Position numbers and translations under genes: made by a program
From: Klebsiella pneumoniae
GTDB taxonomy: Bacteria > Pseudomonadota > Gammaproteobacteria > Burkholderiales > SG8-39
Length of the DNA stretch: 64,000 nucleotides
Direction of reading: 5' to 3'
NCBI GenBank assembly: GCA_945906755.1
Contig: CAMDRJ010000001.1
Span: forward strand, 11,638 to 75,637
Shown here: positions 18,535 to 26,416 of the stretch, one piece after another
Layout of the letters: each line of letters opens with the position of its first letter
Numbering within the stretch: the stretch's first letter is position 1
The notes under the pieces: generated by a model
What the model saw: only the letters and a program-made list of their open reading frames with translations
What the model was told of the DNA's origin: nothing
Database searches by the model: none

Positions 18535-19509
18535 ATGAACCAACGATCACTAATTTTCGGCGCATGCCTTGCACTCGCATTGAGTGCTGCGTCCACCGCG
18601 TTCGCACAGGGCTATCCGGAACGCGTCGTGAAATTCATCGTGCCGTTCTCGGCGGGCGGCGTGTCGGACGTCGTGTCTCGCCCGATTGCGCATCGGCTTG
18701 GCGAGATGTGGGGTCATCAGGCGATCATCGAGAACCGGCCTGGTGCGGGCGGCATGATCGGGTCCGATGTCGTTGCGAAGGCCAAACCAGACGGCTACAC
18801 GCTGCTGCTGTCGGGCAGCACCCATTTCGTCAGCGCCACGCTGCATCAAAAGACGATTGGGTTTCATCCGATCGACGACTTCACGCCGATCGCGCATATC
18901 GCCGAGCAACCCGGCGTGCTGGTGGTGCATCCGTCGGTCGCCGCCAAGTCGCTCGCCGAACTCGTTGTATTGGCCAAAGCGCAGCCCGGTAAGATGAATT
19001 ACGCATCGTCGGGCAATGGCAGTTCCCAACATCTGTTCGCCGCGATGCTGTTTGGCATGGTGGGCATTGAACTCACCCATGTGCCGTACAAAGGCAGCGG
19101 CCCGGCCTTGACCGATCTGCTAAGTGGGATCGTGCCGGTGAGTGTGCCGTCGATCTCGAATGCCATTCCGCATATCCAGGGTGGGAAGTTGCGCGCGCTT
19201 GGGGTGACGAGCGCCAAGCGCGTGGCGGCGCTGCCCGATGTGCCGACGCTCTCTGAGGCCGGCGCGAAAGGCTATGACGCGCAGCTATGGTTCGCAGTGC
19301 TTGGCCCGAAAGGTTTGCCCGCTGCGATCGTGAACAAGGTGTATGAGTCGGTGACCGTCGCGGTCCGGCATCCGGATGTGCTGCGGACCTACGCGCAACA
19401 GGGTATCGATGTGCGCATCATGCCGCCTGCGGAGTTCTCGCAGTATTTCAGATCCGAATCGGTGAAATGGAATCGGGTCGTTAAAGAAGCCGGTGTGTCC
19501 ATTGACTGA
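18535..19509 (+). CDS. Bug/TctC-family substrate-binding protein
   Basis: ORF 18463..19509. ATG 18535 is preceded by GAGGGGG. Signal peptide followed by FAQGYPERVVKFIVPFSAGG. Confidence 0.9.
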   Translation: MNQRSLIFGACLALALSAASTAFAQGYPERVVKFIVPFSAGGVSDVVSRPIAHRLGEMWGHQAIIENRPGAGGMIGSDVVAKAKPDGYTLLLSGSTHFVSATLHQKTIGFHPIDDFTPIAHIAEQPGVLVVHPSVAAKSLAELVVLAKAQPGKMNYASSGNGSSQHLFAAMLFGMVGIELTHVPYKGSGPALTDLLSGIVPVSVPSISNAIPHIQGGKLRALGVTSAKRVAALPDVPTLSEAGAKGYDAQLWFAVLGPKGLPAAIVNKVYESVTVAVRHPDVLRTYAQQGIDVRIMPPAEFSQYFRSESVKWNRVVKEAGVSID

Positions 19510-19526
19510 TTTGTGCAGTACCGACT

Positions 19527-19572
19527 ATTGAGCGTTGCATTTTCAATGCCATTGATCATTGGAACGCTCAAT
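19527..19572. repeat. 46-nt hairpin with 10-bp perfect arms in a convergent intergenic region
   Basis: attgagcgtt (19527..19536) pairs with aacgctcaat (19563..19572). It is followed by an imperfect cccctctcccc...ggggcgagggtgagg GC-rich hairpin. Confidence 0.5.
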
Positions 19573-19616
19573 CCCCTCTCCCCGGCCCCCCCGCAAGGGG
19601 CGAGGGTGAGGTCAGT

Positions 19617-19640
19617 CTTAATTCGCGGTCGCGAATTAAG
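19617..19640. terminator. Perfect palindrome cttaattcgcg-gt-cgcgaattaag; candidate bidirectional terminator
   Basis: 11-bp arms and a 2-nt loop, between the 3' ends of the Bug gene (19509) and the DUF1116 gene (19667). Confidence 0.5.
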
Positions 19641-19666
19641 AAAGGGTCGATGGCGGATCAATCCAC

Positions 19667-21100
19667 TCAAGTCACACCGTACTTTTTTGCGAATGCGTGC
19701 AGTGCGCTGACGTAACAGGCCATCGGCACCCGCACTACGCCGGCGCCCACTTGACCAAGGCCCGCTTGCTTGTGCGCGATGCCGGTCGTAACGACCGGTC
19801 GAATGCCGGAATCGACGACCTTTCTCACATCAATGCCGACTGGCGCCGGTGCGAAATCGAGTGCGGGAAGCGACATCGCCGGATTGCGCCCGACGGTGAT
19901 GTGATACATCTCGCGCGAATACTGCATTGATTGCGCGACGGTGCCGCCAGCCAGCAAGGTCAGCGCGGGTGATGCCGCAAACGAAAAGCCACCGAAGCCG
20001 GCCGTTTCGCAAATGGCGCTATCGCCCAGATCCGGATTGGCGTCTTCCTTCTTGACGCCAGGGAAGTAAAGTCCGACTGGCGTGTCAGACGGCGCTTGGA
20101 ACCACTCTTTGCCAAGACTGCTCACACGAATTGCGGTGGTGACGCCATTGCGGGCCATGGCGGTCACGATCGTCGAGTGATCGATGCCGTGCGCGGCATC
20201 CATCGTTGCTTTCGCTGACACCATCGAAAAATTGAGAAAGAACTGCGAGGTGTCGGCGATGAACTTCAATACCTCGTAGCTACGGGCGCTGTCGACCTTC
20301 GCCTTGGCCAGTGCAGTGGACAGTGCCATATGGAAGAGTGCAGTCGCTGCCGTGTTGCGCGAATGCACCTCATCGCCCATCAAGAGCGCTTGCGATTGAA
20401 TCGCCTTCAGGTCGATGCCACCGATCGCGGCGAGGCCCGCTTTGATCGCCGGTGCGAGCGTGTCGCGAAACCAGCGTAAGCGCGCGATAACCTCTGGGCT
20501 ATTGGCGCCAAAGCGCAGCACCTTACCGATGCCCTCATTGACGTTCGTGTAGGCGACATTGCCATGCGCCTTGTTTTTCACCACGTAGACCGGCATCGAT
20601 GCGGAGATGATGCCGGTCATCGGCCCGACCGCTTGATAGTCGTGACACGAGGCAAACGGAATCTGACCGGACTCAAGGAGCTTCCGCGCATCATCGGCAC
20701 TCGCTGCCCAACCCTCGTACAACACCGCACCGATCATCGCGCCATGCATCGGTCCGCACATATTCTTCCAAGGCACCGGGGCACCCGCGTGCAACAGCGT
20801 GCGGCCGATGTCAGACCAGACCTCGCTGGCGTCCTTCACATCGATCAGGATCGGCTGCGACGACAGAATGCGATCAATCGCGGTGCGGTTGGCCGCATCG
20901 ATGCGCGCGCCGATGCACTGCGGATCGTCCGCATCGCTTGCAATTTGTGCAAGCTCCCATGCAGTACGTGGATCGGCGTCACCGGGCGGTTGCCAGTCGA
21001 GCTGCGTGGCGCGGCCACCGGTGCTGATGACGCTGTGGATGAACGTGTCAACGCCGATATTGAGAATCGACAAGTCTGGTGCGATCAAACTCTGTGTCAC
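19667..21100 (-). CDS. ylbE: DUF1116 family protein (E. coli YlbE homolog)
   Basis: 477 aa. Last gene of the fdrA operon. I recognise the sequence as YlbE-type (…GAPVPWKNMCGPMHGAMIGAVLYEGWA…). Confidence 0.8.
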   Translation of the reverse strand: MTQSLIAPDLSILNIGVDTFIHSVISTGGRATQLDWQPPGDADPRTAWELAQIASDADDPQCIGARIDAANRTAIDRILSSQPILIDVKDASEVWSDIGRTLLHAGAPVPWKNMCGPMHGAMIGAVLYEGWAASADDARKLLESGQIPFASCHDYQAVGPMTGIISASMPVYVVKNKAHGNVAYTNVNEGIGKVLRFGANSPEVIARLRWFRDTLAPAIKAGLAAIGGIDLKAIQSQALLMGDEVHSRNTAATALFHMALSTALAKAKVDSARSYEVLKFIADTSQFFLNFSMVSAKATMDAAHGIDHSTIVTAMARNGVTTAIRVSSLGKEWFQAPSDTPVGLYFPGVKKEDANPDLGDSAICETAGFGGFSFAASPALTLLAGGTVAQSMQYSREMYHITVGRNPAMSLPALDFAPAPVGIDVRKVVDSGIRPVVTTGIAHKQAGLGQVGAGVVRVPMACYVSALHAFAKKYGVT

Positions 21101-21104
21101 GGAT

Positions 21105-21941
21105 TCAAGCCTTGATAGGGGGTTCGAGTGCGAACAGGAAGCCGGTCAACATATCCCAACCGGAGGAATGACCGATCGCGGTCAATGACCGGGCCGCGTC
21201 GATGACCGTTGCAAACGGCGTGGATTCGATGAGGGCATCGACCAGCGCATGCAAGACACCATACGTCGAGCCATCAATGAGATCGGCCAATAGAGCCGCG
21301 CTGATTGCGTGCGTTCGCGTTGGCGCGATGGTGATGATCCGCGCACCGAGCCGTTGCCAGGCGGGGTTGCGCGGCATGCGTAGGTTGCGGGCAAACAGCG
21401 CGCCGCCGACCAGATCATCGCCCGACGGGGTGAGTCCGCTAGCCAGTCCTAGCAGAGGGATCGCCGCTTGTTCAATCTGCTCGATATCATTCGTTACAAG
21501 CGCCAAAGCAAAACGCCGGACGAGGGGCGCAGCAAGATCGAGCGGGAAGGGCGGCGTGTCATTGCCCAGTAAGCGGCCAAAGCCGCGTGGTTCGCCTACC
21601 TCGGTAATACGGTGTCGCAATGCTGTTGCGCGCGCGATGAATGCCGATGCGTCGCCTAGGCGGTGCACAGGATTCGCGAAGGGCACGACTGCTGTCATGT
21701 CAAACATCACCGAGACGCCGCTTCTAACCGGCTCGGCAACCGCCACCATGCGCGGATGCATCGAACGCGGTCGCACGCCAACCCAAATGATGTGACCCGC
21801 CGCCTGCAAATAGGGCGCATCCGGAAAGGTCGCGAGGGGCTCGGCGCGGCCGCGACTCTTTGCCAAGGCCTGATACGCAATCGACCCAGCCGCCAATACG
21901 CGTGCTGCGGTCGCAGAGGTTGTTGCTGCCAATTCGCTCAT
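21105..21941 (-). CDS. ylbF: DUF2877 family protein (E. coli YlbF homolog)
   Basis: 278 aa. ATGA overlap with the carbamate kinase stop. The call rests on size, position and weak sequence recollection. Confidence 0.65.
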   Translation of the reverse strand: MSELAATTSATAARVLAAGSIAYQALAKSRGRAEPLATFPDAPYLQAAGHIIWVGVRPRSMHPRMVAVAEPVRSGVSVMFDMTAVVPFANPVHRLGDASAFIARATALRHRITEVGEPRGFGRLLGNDTPPFPLDLAAPLVRRFALALVTNDIEQIEQAAIPLLGLASGLTPSGDDLVGGALFARNLRMPRNPAWQRLGARIITIAPTRTHAISAALLADLIDGSTYGVLHALVDALIESTPFATVIDAARSLTAIGHSSGWDMLTGFLFALEPPIKA

Positions 21942-22900
21942 GCGGTAATCCGCGTGCCGGCGCGTCCTTCAACCGCATCGAACGCCCGTTCGAGAGAAGT
22001 AATGAGCACGAGCTTGCCGCCTTGTTCGAGGTAGTTGATGGCGGCCTGAATCTTTGGGCCCATGCTGCCTGGTGGAAACTGGCCTTCCTCGAGATAGCGT
22101 CGTGCTTCGCTGACTGACATCGTGTCGAGGAAGCGCTGCGTGGGCTTGCCGAAGTCGATTGCCACGCGTTCAACGCCGGTCACCAGCAACAACGTATCAG
22201 CATTGATGGCCGCCGCCAGCAGCGCGCTCGTCAAATCCTTGTCGATGACCGCCGGCACGCCTTCCCAGGCACCGGAATCCAATCGAACCACCGGAATGCC
22301 ACCGCCGCCCGCCGCGATTGGGATGACATTCGCGCGGAGCAAGGCTTCGATCGCCGCGAGGTCCACGATCGACTTTGGCGCGGGCGATGCCACCACGCGA
22401 CGCCATCCGCGGCCGGAATCCTCGACGAACATCCAGCCGGTTTCTTCTTGCATGCGGCGCGCCTCGGCCTCTGCAAAGAATCTACCCACTGGTTTGGTGG
22501 GACTGGAGAATGCCGGATCATTCGGATCGACTTCCACCTGGGTGACCACCGAACAGGTCGGCGTTGCGATGCCGTGTTGGTGGAGCGTGTTGGTGAAGCT
22601 CTGTTGAAACATATAACCCATACCGCCTTGCGAATGGGCGACGCAGACATCCATTGGCATCGGCGGCAACTCGGTTGCGGTGCGCGCCATGCGAAAGAGG
22701 ATGTTGCCCACTACCGGGCCGTTGCCGTGGGTTAACACGAGTTTGTACCCTGACTGAATGATGCGTACCAGGTGCTCGCACAGCCCCGCCATGATGGCGA
22801 GCTGCTCATTGGCGGTGCCGCGAATCGTCGGCGGATAGCTTGCGTTACCACCTAGGGCAACGACGATGCGCTGTTCTCGCGAGCTGCCTTTGGCGGGCAT
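21938..22900 (-). CDS. arcC: Carbamate kinase
   Basis: 320 aa. VVALGGNA, LTHGNGPVVG and IAAGGGGIPV are carbamate kinase hallmarks. Confidence 0.9.
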   Translation of the reverse strand: MPAKGSSREQRIVVALGGNASYPPTIRGTANEQLAIMAGLCEHLVRIIQSGYKLVLTHGNGPVVGNILFRMARTATELPPMPMDVCVAHSQGGMGYMFQQSFTNTLHQHGIATPTCSVVTQVEVDPNDPAFSSPTKPVGRFFAEAEARRMQEETGWMFVEDSGRGWRRVVASPAPKSIVDLAAIEALLRANVIPIAAGGGGIPVVRLDSGAWEGVPAVIDKDLTSALLAAAINADTLLLVTGVERVAIDFGKPTQRFLDTMSVSEARRYLEEGQFPPGSMGPKIQAAINYLEQGGKLVLITSLERAFDAVEGRAGTRITA

Positions 22901-22902
22901 GG

Positions 22903-24444
22903 TCAGGTGCGGGCCGTGATGATTGCGCCGGCCAAGCGCGCGACCGCACTGCTATCAGACAGCACGACCGCACCGGCCCGGCGAAGGGTCGACTCCTGTT
23001 TGGAGCGGACTTGCGGATCGTCTTCGGTGCCGCACACGAACGCGAGAATCGGCATGGTGCGGCTGGCTTCTCGCGCCACCGCCTGGGCTTGGCTGATCGC
23101 CGGCGCCAGCGCAGCGGCCGGATCTGGATGACTGCCATGCCCCAGCACCACATCGAGCACGATGAGTGCCGTCTCAGGATCACGCGATTCCTGCACAATG
23201 CGTTCGATGCGCGAAGTCGGATCGATCATCGGATGGGGTCTGCCCACGGTGAACGCGTCATCGCCCAGATCGAGCGCGGTATGTTCAATGCTTTTGCGTG
23301 GATCGGGGAGCACTCGCGTCTTGTCCAGCGCGGCATTCGAATAGGCCGCGATGTTGGCGGTACGCCAAATCGCTTGTGCCTCCGAGCAATACGTTCCGCC
23401 TGAGTAGAGGGCGCGAATGAAACGCTGCTCCTTGTGCAACAAACGTGCAATCTGCAATGCGGACCGCGCCTCGTTTTCAGCCGGCGCCGCCGCGCGGCCC
23501 TGCAGCAGCTCCACTGCTTTCGCGGCGCCATCGAAAAGCGTCGCGGCGACGTGAACGTTTCCTTTTGATTCAAGCTTCGCGCCGATAAACAAGACCACGG
23601 CGGGTTTGCCGATGCTGTGCAATTTATCAAGCACCGTTCGGGTGACTTTGGCGGATGGCGGCTTGGAAATGACCACCAGCACCTTTGTGGCCGGATCAGC
23701 GCCCAGCAATTCGATCGCCGCGAGCGTGGTGAGACCACCGACCGCCTCGTTCAGATCGCGACCGCCGGTGCCGATTGCGTGCGACACGCCTTCACCGAGG
23801 TGATGGATCTGCGTCGACACTTCCTGCAAGCCGGTGCCCGATGCCGCCACCAAGCCGATTGCGCCGCGACGAACCACGTTCGCGAATCCCATCGGTACGC
23901 CGGCGATGATGGCTGTGCCGCAATCCGGCCCCATGACGAGCAGGCCCTTGCGACGCGCAAGTTGTTTGATCGCGACTTCCTGTTCGATCGGCACGTTGTC
24001 GCTGAAAATAAACGCATGCAGGCCCGCTTTGATGGCTTTGATTGCCTCGGCGGCTGCATAGGGCCCGGGCACGGAGATCTGGGCGATGCGTGCGGACCCT
24101 TGGCCCAGAGCCATGGCGATCGAGCGGACTGGAATCGTCGATACGCGCCCCTCTTCACCAGCACTCGAACCGGCGGCGGAAAGCTTGGCATCAATCGCCT
24201 TCAGCGCCCGCTCGACCTCCGCATCAGTGGGCCCCTCGATCACGATCATGAGATCAGCGGGCACCGCGCCGGTCAGCGCAGCAGCGAGCAGCTTTGCCTC
24301 GGTGAGGATCTCTTTATTGGCGGGCGTTCCCATCAGCAAGGTCACGCGCGTATCGCGGGCGGCCGATTGCACGTCCTCGGCGATGCGCATGAGCGCGACG
24401 GAATCTTTGTAAAGACTGGCCTTGACGAGTGATCGAATCGACAC
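22903..24444 (-). CDS. fdrA: FdrA family protein (succinyl-CoA-synthetase-alpha-like fold)
   Basis: 513 aa. Central block VMGPDCGTAIIAGVPMGFAN and AASGTGLQEV resembles the SCS alpha/CoA-ligase fold. First gene of the four-gene operon. Confidence 0.85.
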   Translation of the reverse strand: MSIRSLVKASLYKDSVALMRIAEDVQSAARDTRVTLLMGTPANKEILTEAKLLAAALTGAVPADLMIVIEGPTDAEVERALKAIDAKLSAAGSSAGEEGRVSTIPVRSIAMALGQGSARIAQISVPGPYAAAEAIKAIKAGLHAFIFSDNVPIEQEVAIKQLARRKGLLVMGPDCGTAIIAGVPMGFANVVRRGAIGLVAASGTGLQEVSTQIHHLGEGVSHAIGTGGRDLNEAVGGLTTLAAIELLGADPATKVLVVISKPPSAKVTRTVLDKLHSIGKPAVVLFIGAKLESKGNVHVAATLFDGAAKAVELLQGRAAAPAENEARSALQIARLLHKEQRFIRALYSGGTYCSEAQAIWRTANIAAYSNAALDKTRVLPDPRKSIEHTALDLGDDAFTVGRPHPMIDPTSRIERIVQESRDPETALIVLDVVLGHGSHPDPAAALAPAISQAQAVAREASRTMPILAFVCGTEDDPQVRSKQESTLRRAGAVVLSDSSAVARLAGAIITART

Positions 24445-24555
24445 GATGTTCGTGAATCTAAATGGGGGTCACAGAAGCCCCGCATCGCAATGCGGGGAAG
24501 CTATGCAAGGGAAGCCATATTGCCTGGCAGGCCTGCGTACCAACCGAATTACACA

Positions 24556-24846
24556 TCAAGGACTGCGGGGCGTGGCATCACTTTGCGGCGCATCGAATTC
24601 CGGAAAGAGCGAAAGCTGTCTACCGCCCATCAGCACTGCCTGCTCGACCAGGGTTCTCGCTTCGCGCAGCGTGGTCGTTTGACCGCCATGATTGTCCACC
24701 CGCCAGCGATATTTCATCTCGAGATGTTTCCCTGGCTCCACTTCAATCTGACCAAGGCGATTTTTGCCGAGCCAGTAGCCATGCGACTTGTAGCCGCGCT
24801 CCCAGAACGGTTTCGCGCGCGAACGCCGTTTTTTGGTTGTCGCCAT
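24556..24846 (-). CDS. Small basic hypothetical protein (96 aa) carrying a QLSLF pentapeptide
   Basis: ATG 24846 with GGGAGGGG 11-13 nt upstream. Codon third positions are GC-rich like neighbouring genes. I recognise no family. Confidence 0.4.
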   Translation of the reverse strand: MATTKKRRSRAKPFWERGYKSHGYWLGKNRLGQIEVEPGKHLEMKYRWRVDNHGGQTTTLREARTLVEQAVLMGGRQLSLFPEFDAPQSDATPRSP

Positions 24847-24968
24847 GACGCAGCTCGCCCCTCCCTGACCGTCAAACGCCTGACCTGATGCCGATCAACC
24901 GATCGAGGTCGCGAATTATCCATCATTTCGCCCTGCCGGCCGAGTCGCGCAAAAGGTCAACGCAAGGG

Positions 24969-25727
24969 TCAGAGCTTTTGGGCCGCGGCGCGCAGCATCG
25001 CGCCGGGTTCATCGCCGGCAAATCCGGCCGCAAACAAATCGATACTCTCCTTGATGGCGGCCTCAAGTGGTGTCTCCTCCCATAGCTGCGTGAGTCGTTT
25101 CTGGGTACGCATCGCGCCTGGTGCATTGGCTGCCAGCGTGGCCACCAGTGCATTGGTGGCGGTATCGAGCGTGTCAGGGCTGACGACCTGTTCGACCAGG
25201 CCCCAGCGCAGCGCTTGTTCGGCATCGATGTTGGCACCGGTCAGTACCAGCCAGCGCGCGCGGCCCGCACCAATCAGGCGCGGCAGCAATGCCGCCTCGA
25301 CGACAGAGGGCAAGCCGATCTTTACTTCCGGCATACCGAAGACCGCGCGGTCCGCGGCGATCCGCAGATCGCAGGCCGCCGCGAGCTCAAGCCCGGCGCC
25401 CAACACATGACCTTGAATGCGTGCCACCACCGGTACCGGGCAATCCCGCACCGCTTTGCAGGCCAGGTGGATCAGGGTAATAAAGCTTCGCGCGGAGGTT
25501 GCATCGAGGGTCGCCATCTCACGCACATCGGCACCGCCAATGAAGGCCCGATCGCCCGCGCTGGCAAGGATGACCGCACGCAGTTGCGCATCGGCGGATA
25601 GCGTTGCGAAGCGGGTAATGAGCTCGGTCAGTAGCTCGCTCGATAGGGCATTCGATTTGGCCGGGCGGTTAATCGTGACGCGCGCCACCCCAGGCAGACT
25701 CTGCTCGACCATGACAAGTTGCGACAT
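24969..25727 (-). CDS. Enoyl-CoA hydratase/isomerase (crotonase) family protein
   Basis: ORF 24969..25802. The likely start is MSQLVMVEQ at 25727, which avoids overlap with yqaA. Motifs: VTINRPAKSNAL and GHVLGAGLELAAACD. Confidence 0.85.
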   Translation of the reverse strand: MSQLVMVEQSLPGVARVTINRPAKSNALSSELLTELITRFATLSADAQLRAVILASAGDRAFIGGADVREMATLDATSARSFITLIHLACKAVRDCPVPVVARIQGHVLGAGLELAAACDLRIAADRAVFGMPEVKIGLPSVVEAALLPRLIGAGRARWLVLTGANIDAEQALRWGLVEQVVSPDTLDTATNALVATLAANAPGAMRTQKRLTQLWEETPLEAAIKESIDLFAAGFAGDEPGAMLRAAAQKL

Positions 25728-25746
25728 ATCGTTTCCCTTCGCCGCT

Positions 25747-26163
25747 TCATCCATTAGCGCCAGCCAACCAGCCGACGACGAGGTATCGCAGCAGCCGGCC
25801 AATTCCTTGAAAAAAGGCGACCGCGAGCCAGTTCAAGCGGAGCCACCCGGCCGCTAGACACAGCCCATCGCCAATGATCGGCAGCCAGGCCAGCGCGAGG
25901 AGCGGAGCACCATACCGTCGGATGCGCGCCAACTGCGGAAGTCCTCGCGGCTCGCGCGCGATTCGGCCCAGAAGATAGGTTGTCATGCCGCCCAAGGTAT
26001 TGCCGATGCAAGCGAGCGTAATAGCCGCCGCGAGCGCCTGTGGATGCAGCTTTAAAAAACCAAACAGCACCGCTTCCGAGGAGAACGGGATGATCGTCGC
26101 GGAGACAAAGGATGCGGCGAACAATCCCGCCAAGCCGGTTTCCTCCGTTATCCAATCACCCAT
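25747..26163 (-). CDS. yqaA: YqaA/DedA-related small membrane protein
   Basis: 138 aa. FVSATIIPFSSEAVLFG is typical of YqaA. Four hydrophobic segments. Confidence 0.8.
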   Translation of the reverse strand: MGDWITEETGLAGLFAASFVSATIIPFSSEAVLFGFLKLHPQALAAAITLACIGNTLGGMTTYLLGRIAREPRGLPQLARIRRYGAPLLALAWLPIIGDGLCLAAGWLRLNWLAVAFFQGIGRLLRYLVVGWLAGANG

Positions 26164-26207
26164 GCTGCAAGGATAGCTGCTCCCGAAAAGCCTGTTGAAT
26201 CTAGGTC

Positions 26208-26302
26208 GTCACTCCCGCGAAGGCGGGAGTCCAAGGAGTCCACAATCTTGGCTGCGCGTGGCATCAAGTAGCTACTGGATTCCCGCCTTCGCGGGAATGA
26301 CG
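26208..26302. repeat. Pair of REP-like 25-nt hairpin elements in inverted orientation
   Basis: gtcactcccgcgaaggcgggagtcc (26208..26232) and ggattcccgccttcgcgggaatgac (26278..26302). The second is the reverse complement of the first with 2 mismatches. Each unit is itself a stem-loop. Confidence 0.75.
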
Positions 26303-26416
26303 TATCAGGGTGAACTCGCGCGAATTTCAACATACTGCTAAGTCACGACATGCGGTCATGTACCAGAGGCTCGTGTACCATTCGCGCCCCTTGTGGCAGA
26401 TGCCGGACGGAAGTTC

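Noticed and set aside
25728-25802. N-terminal extension of the crotonase ORF (MAGCCDTSSSAGWLALMDEAAKGND)
   Set aside because: It would overlap the 3' end of yqaA by 56 nt on the same strand. Homology to crotonases begins at MSQLVMVEQ.
25754-26155. Alternative-frame 133-aa ORF overlapping yqaA on the same strand
   Set aside because: The yqaA frame gives a coherent four-helix membrane protein with the family motif. The alternative frame is Arg/Gly-rich with low complexity.
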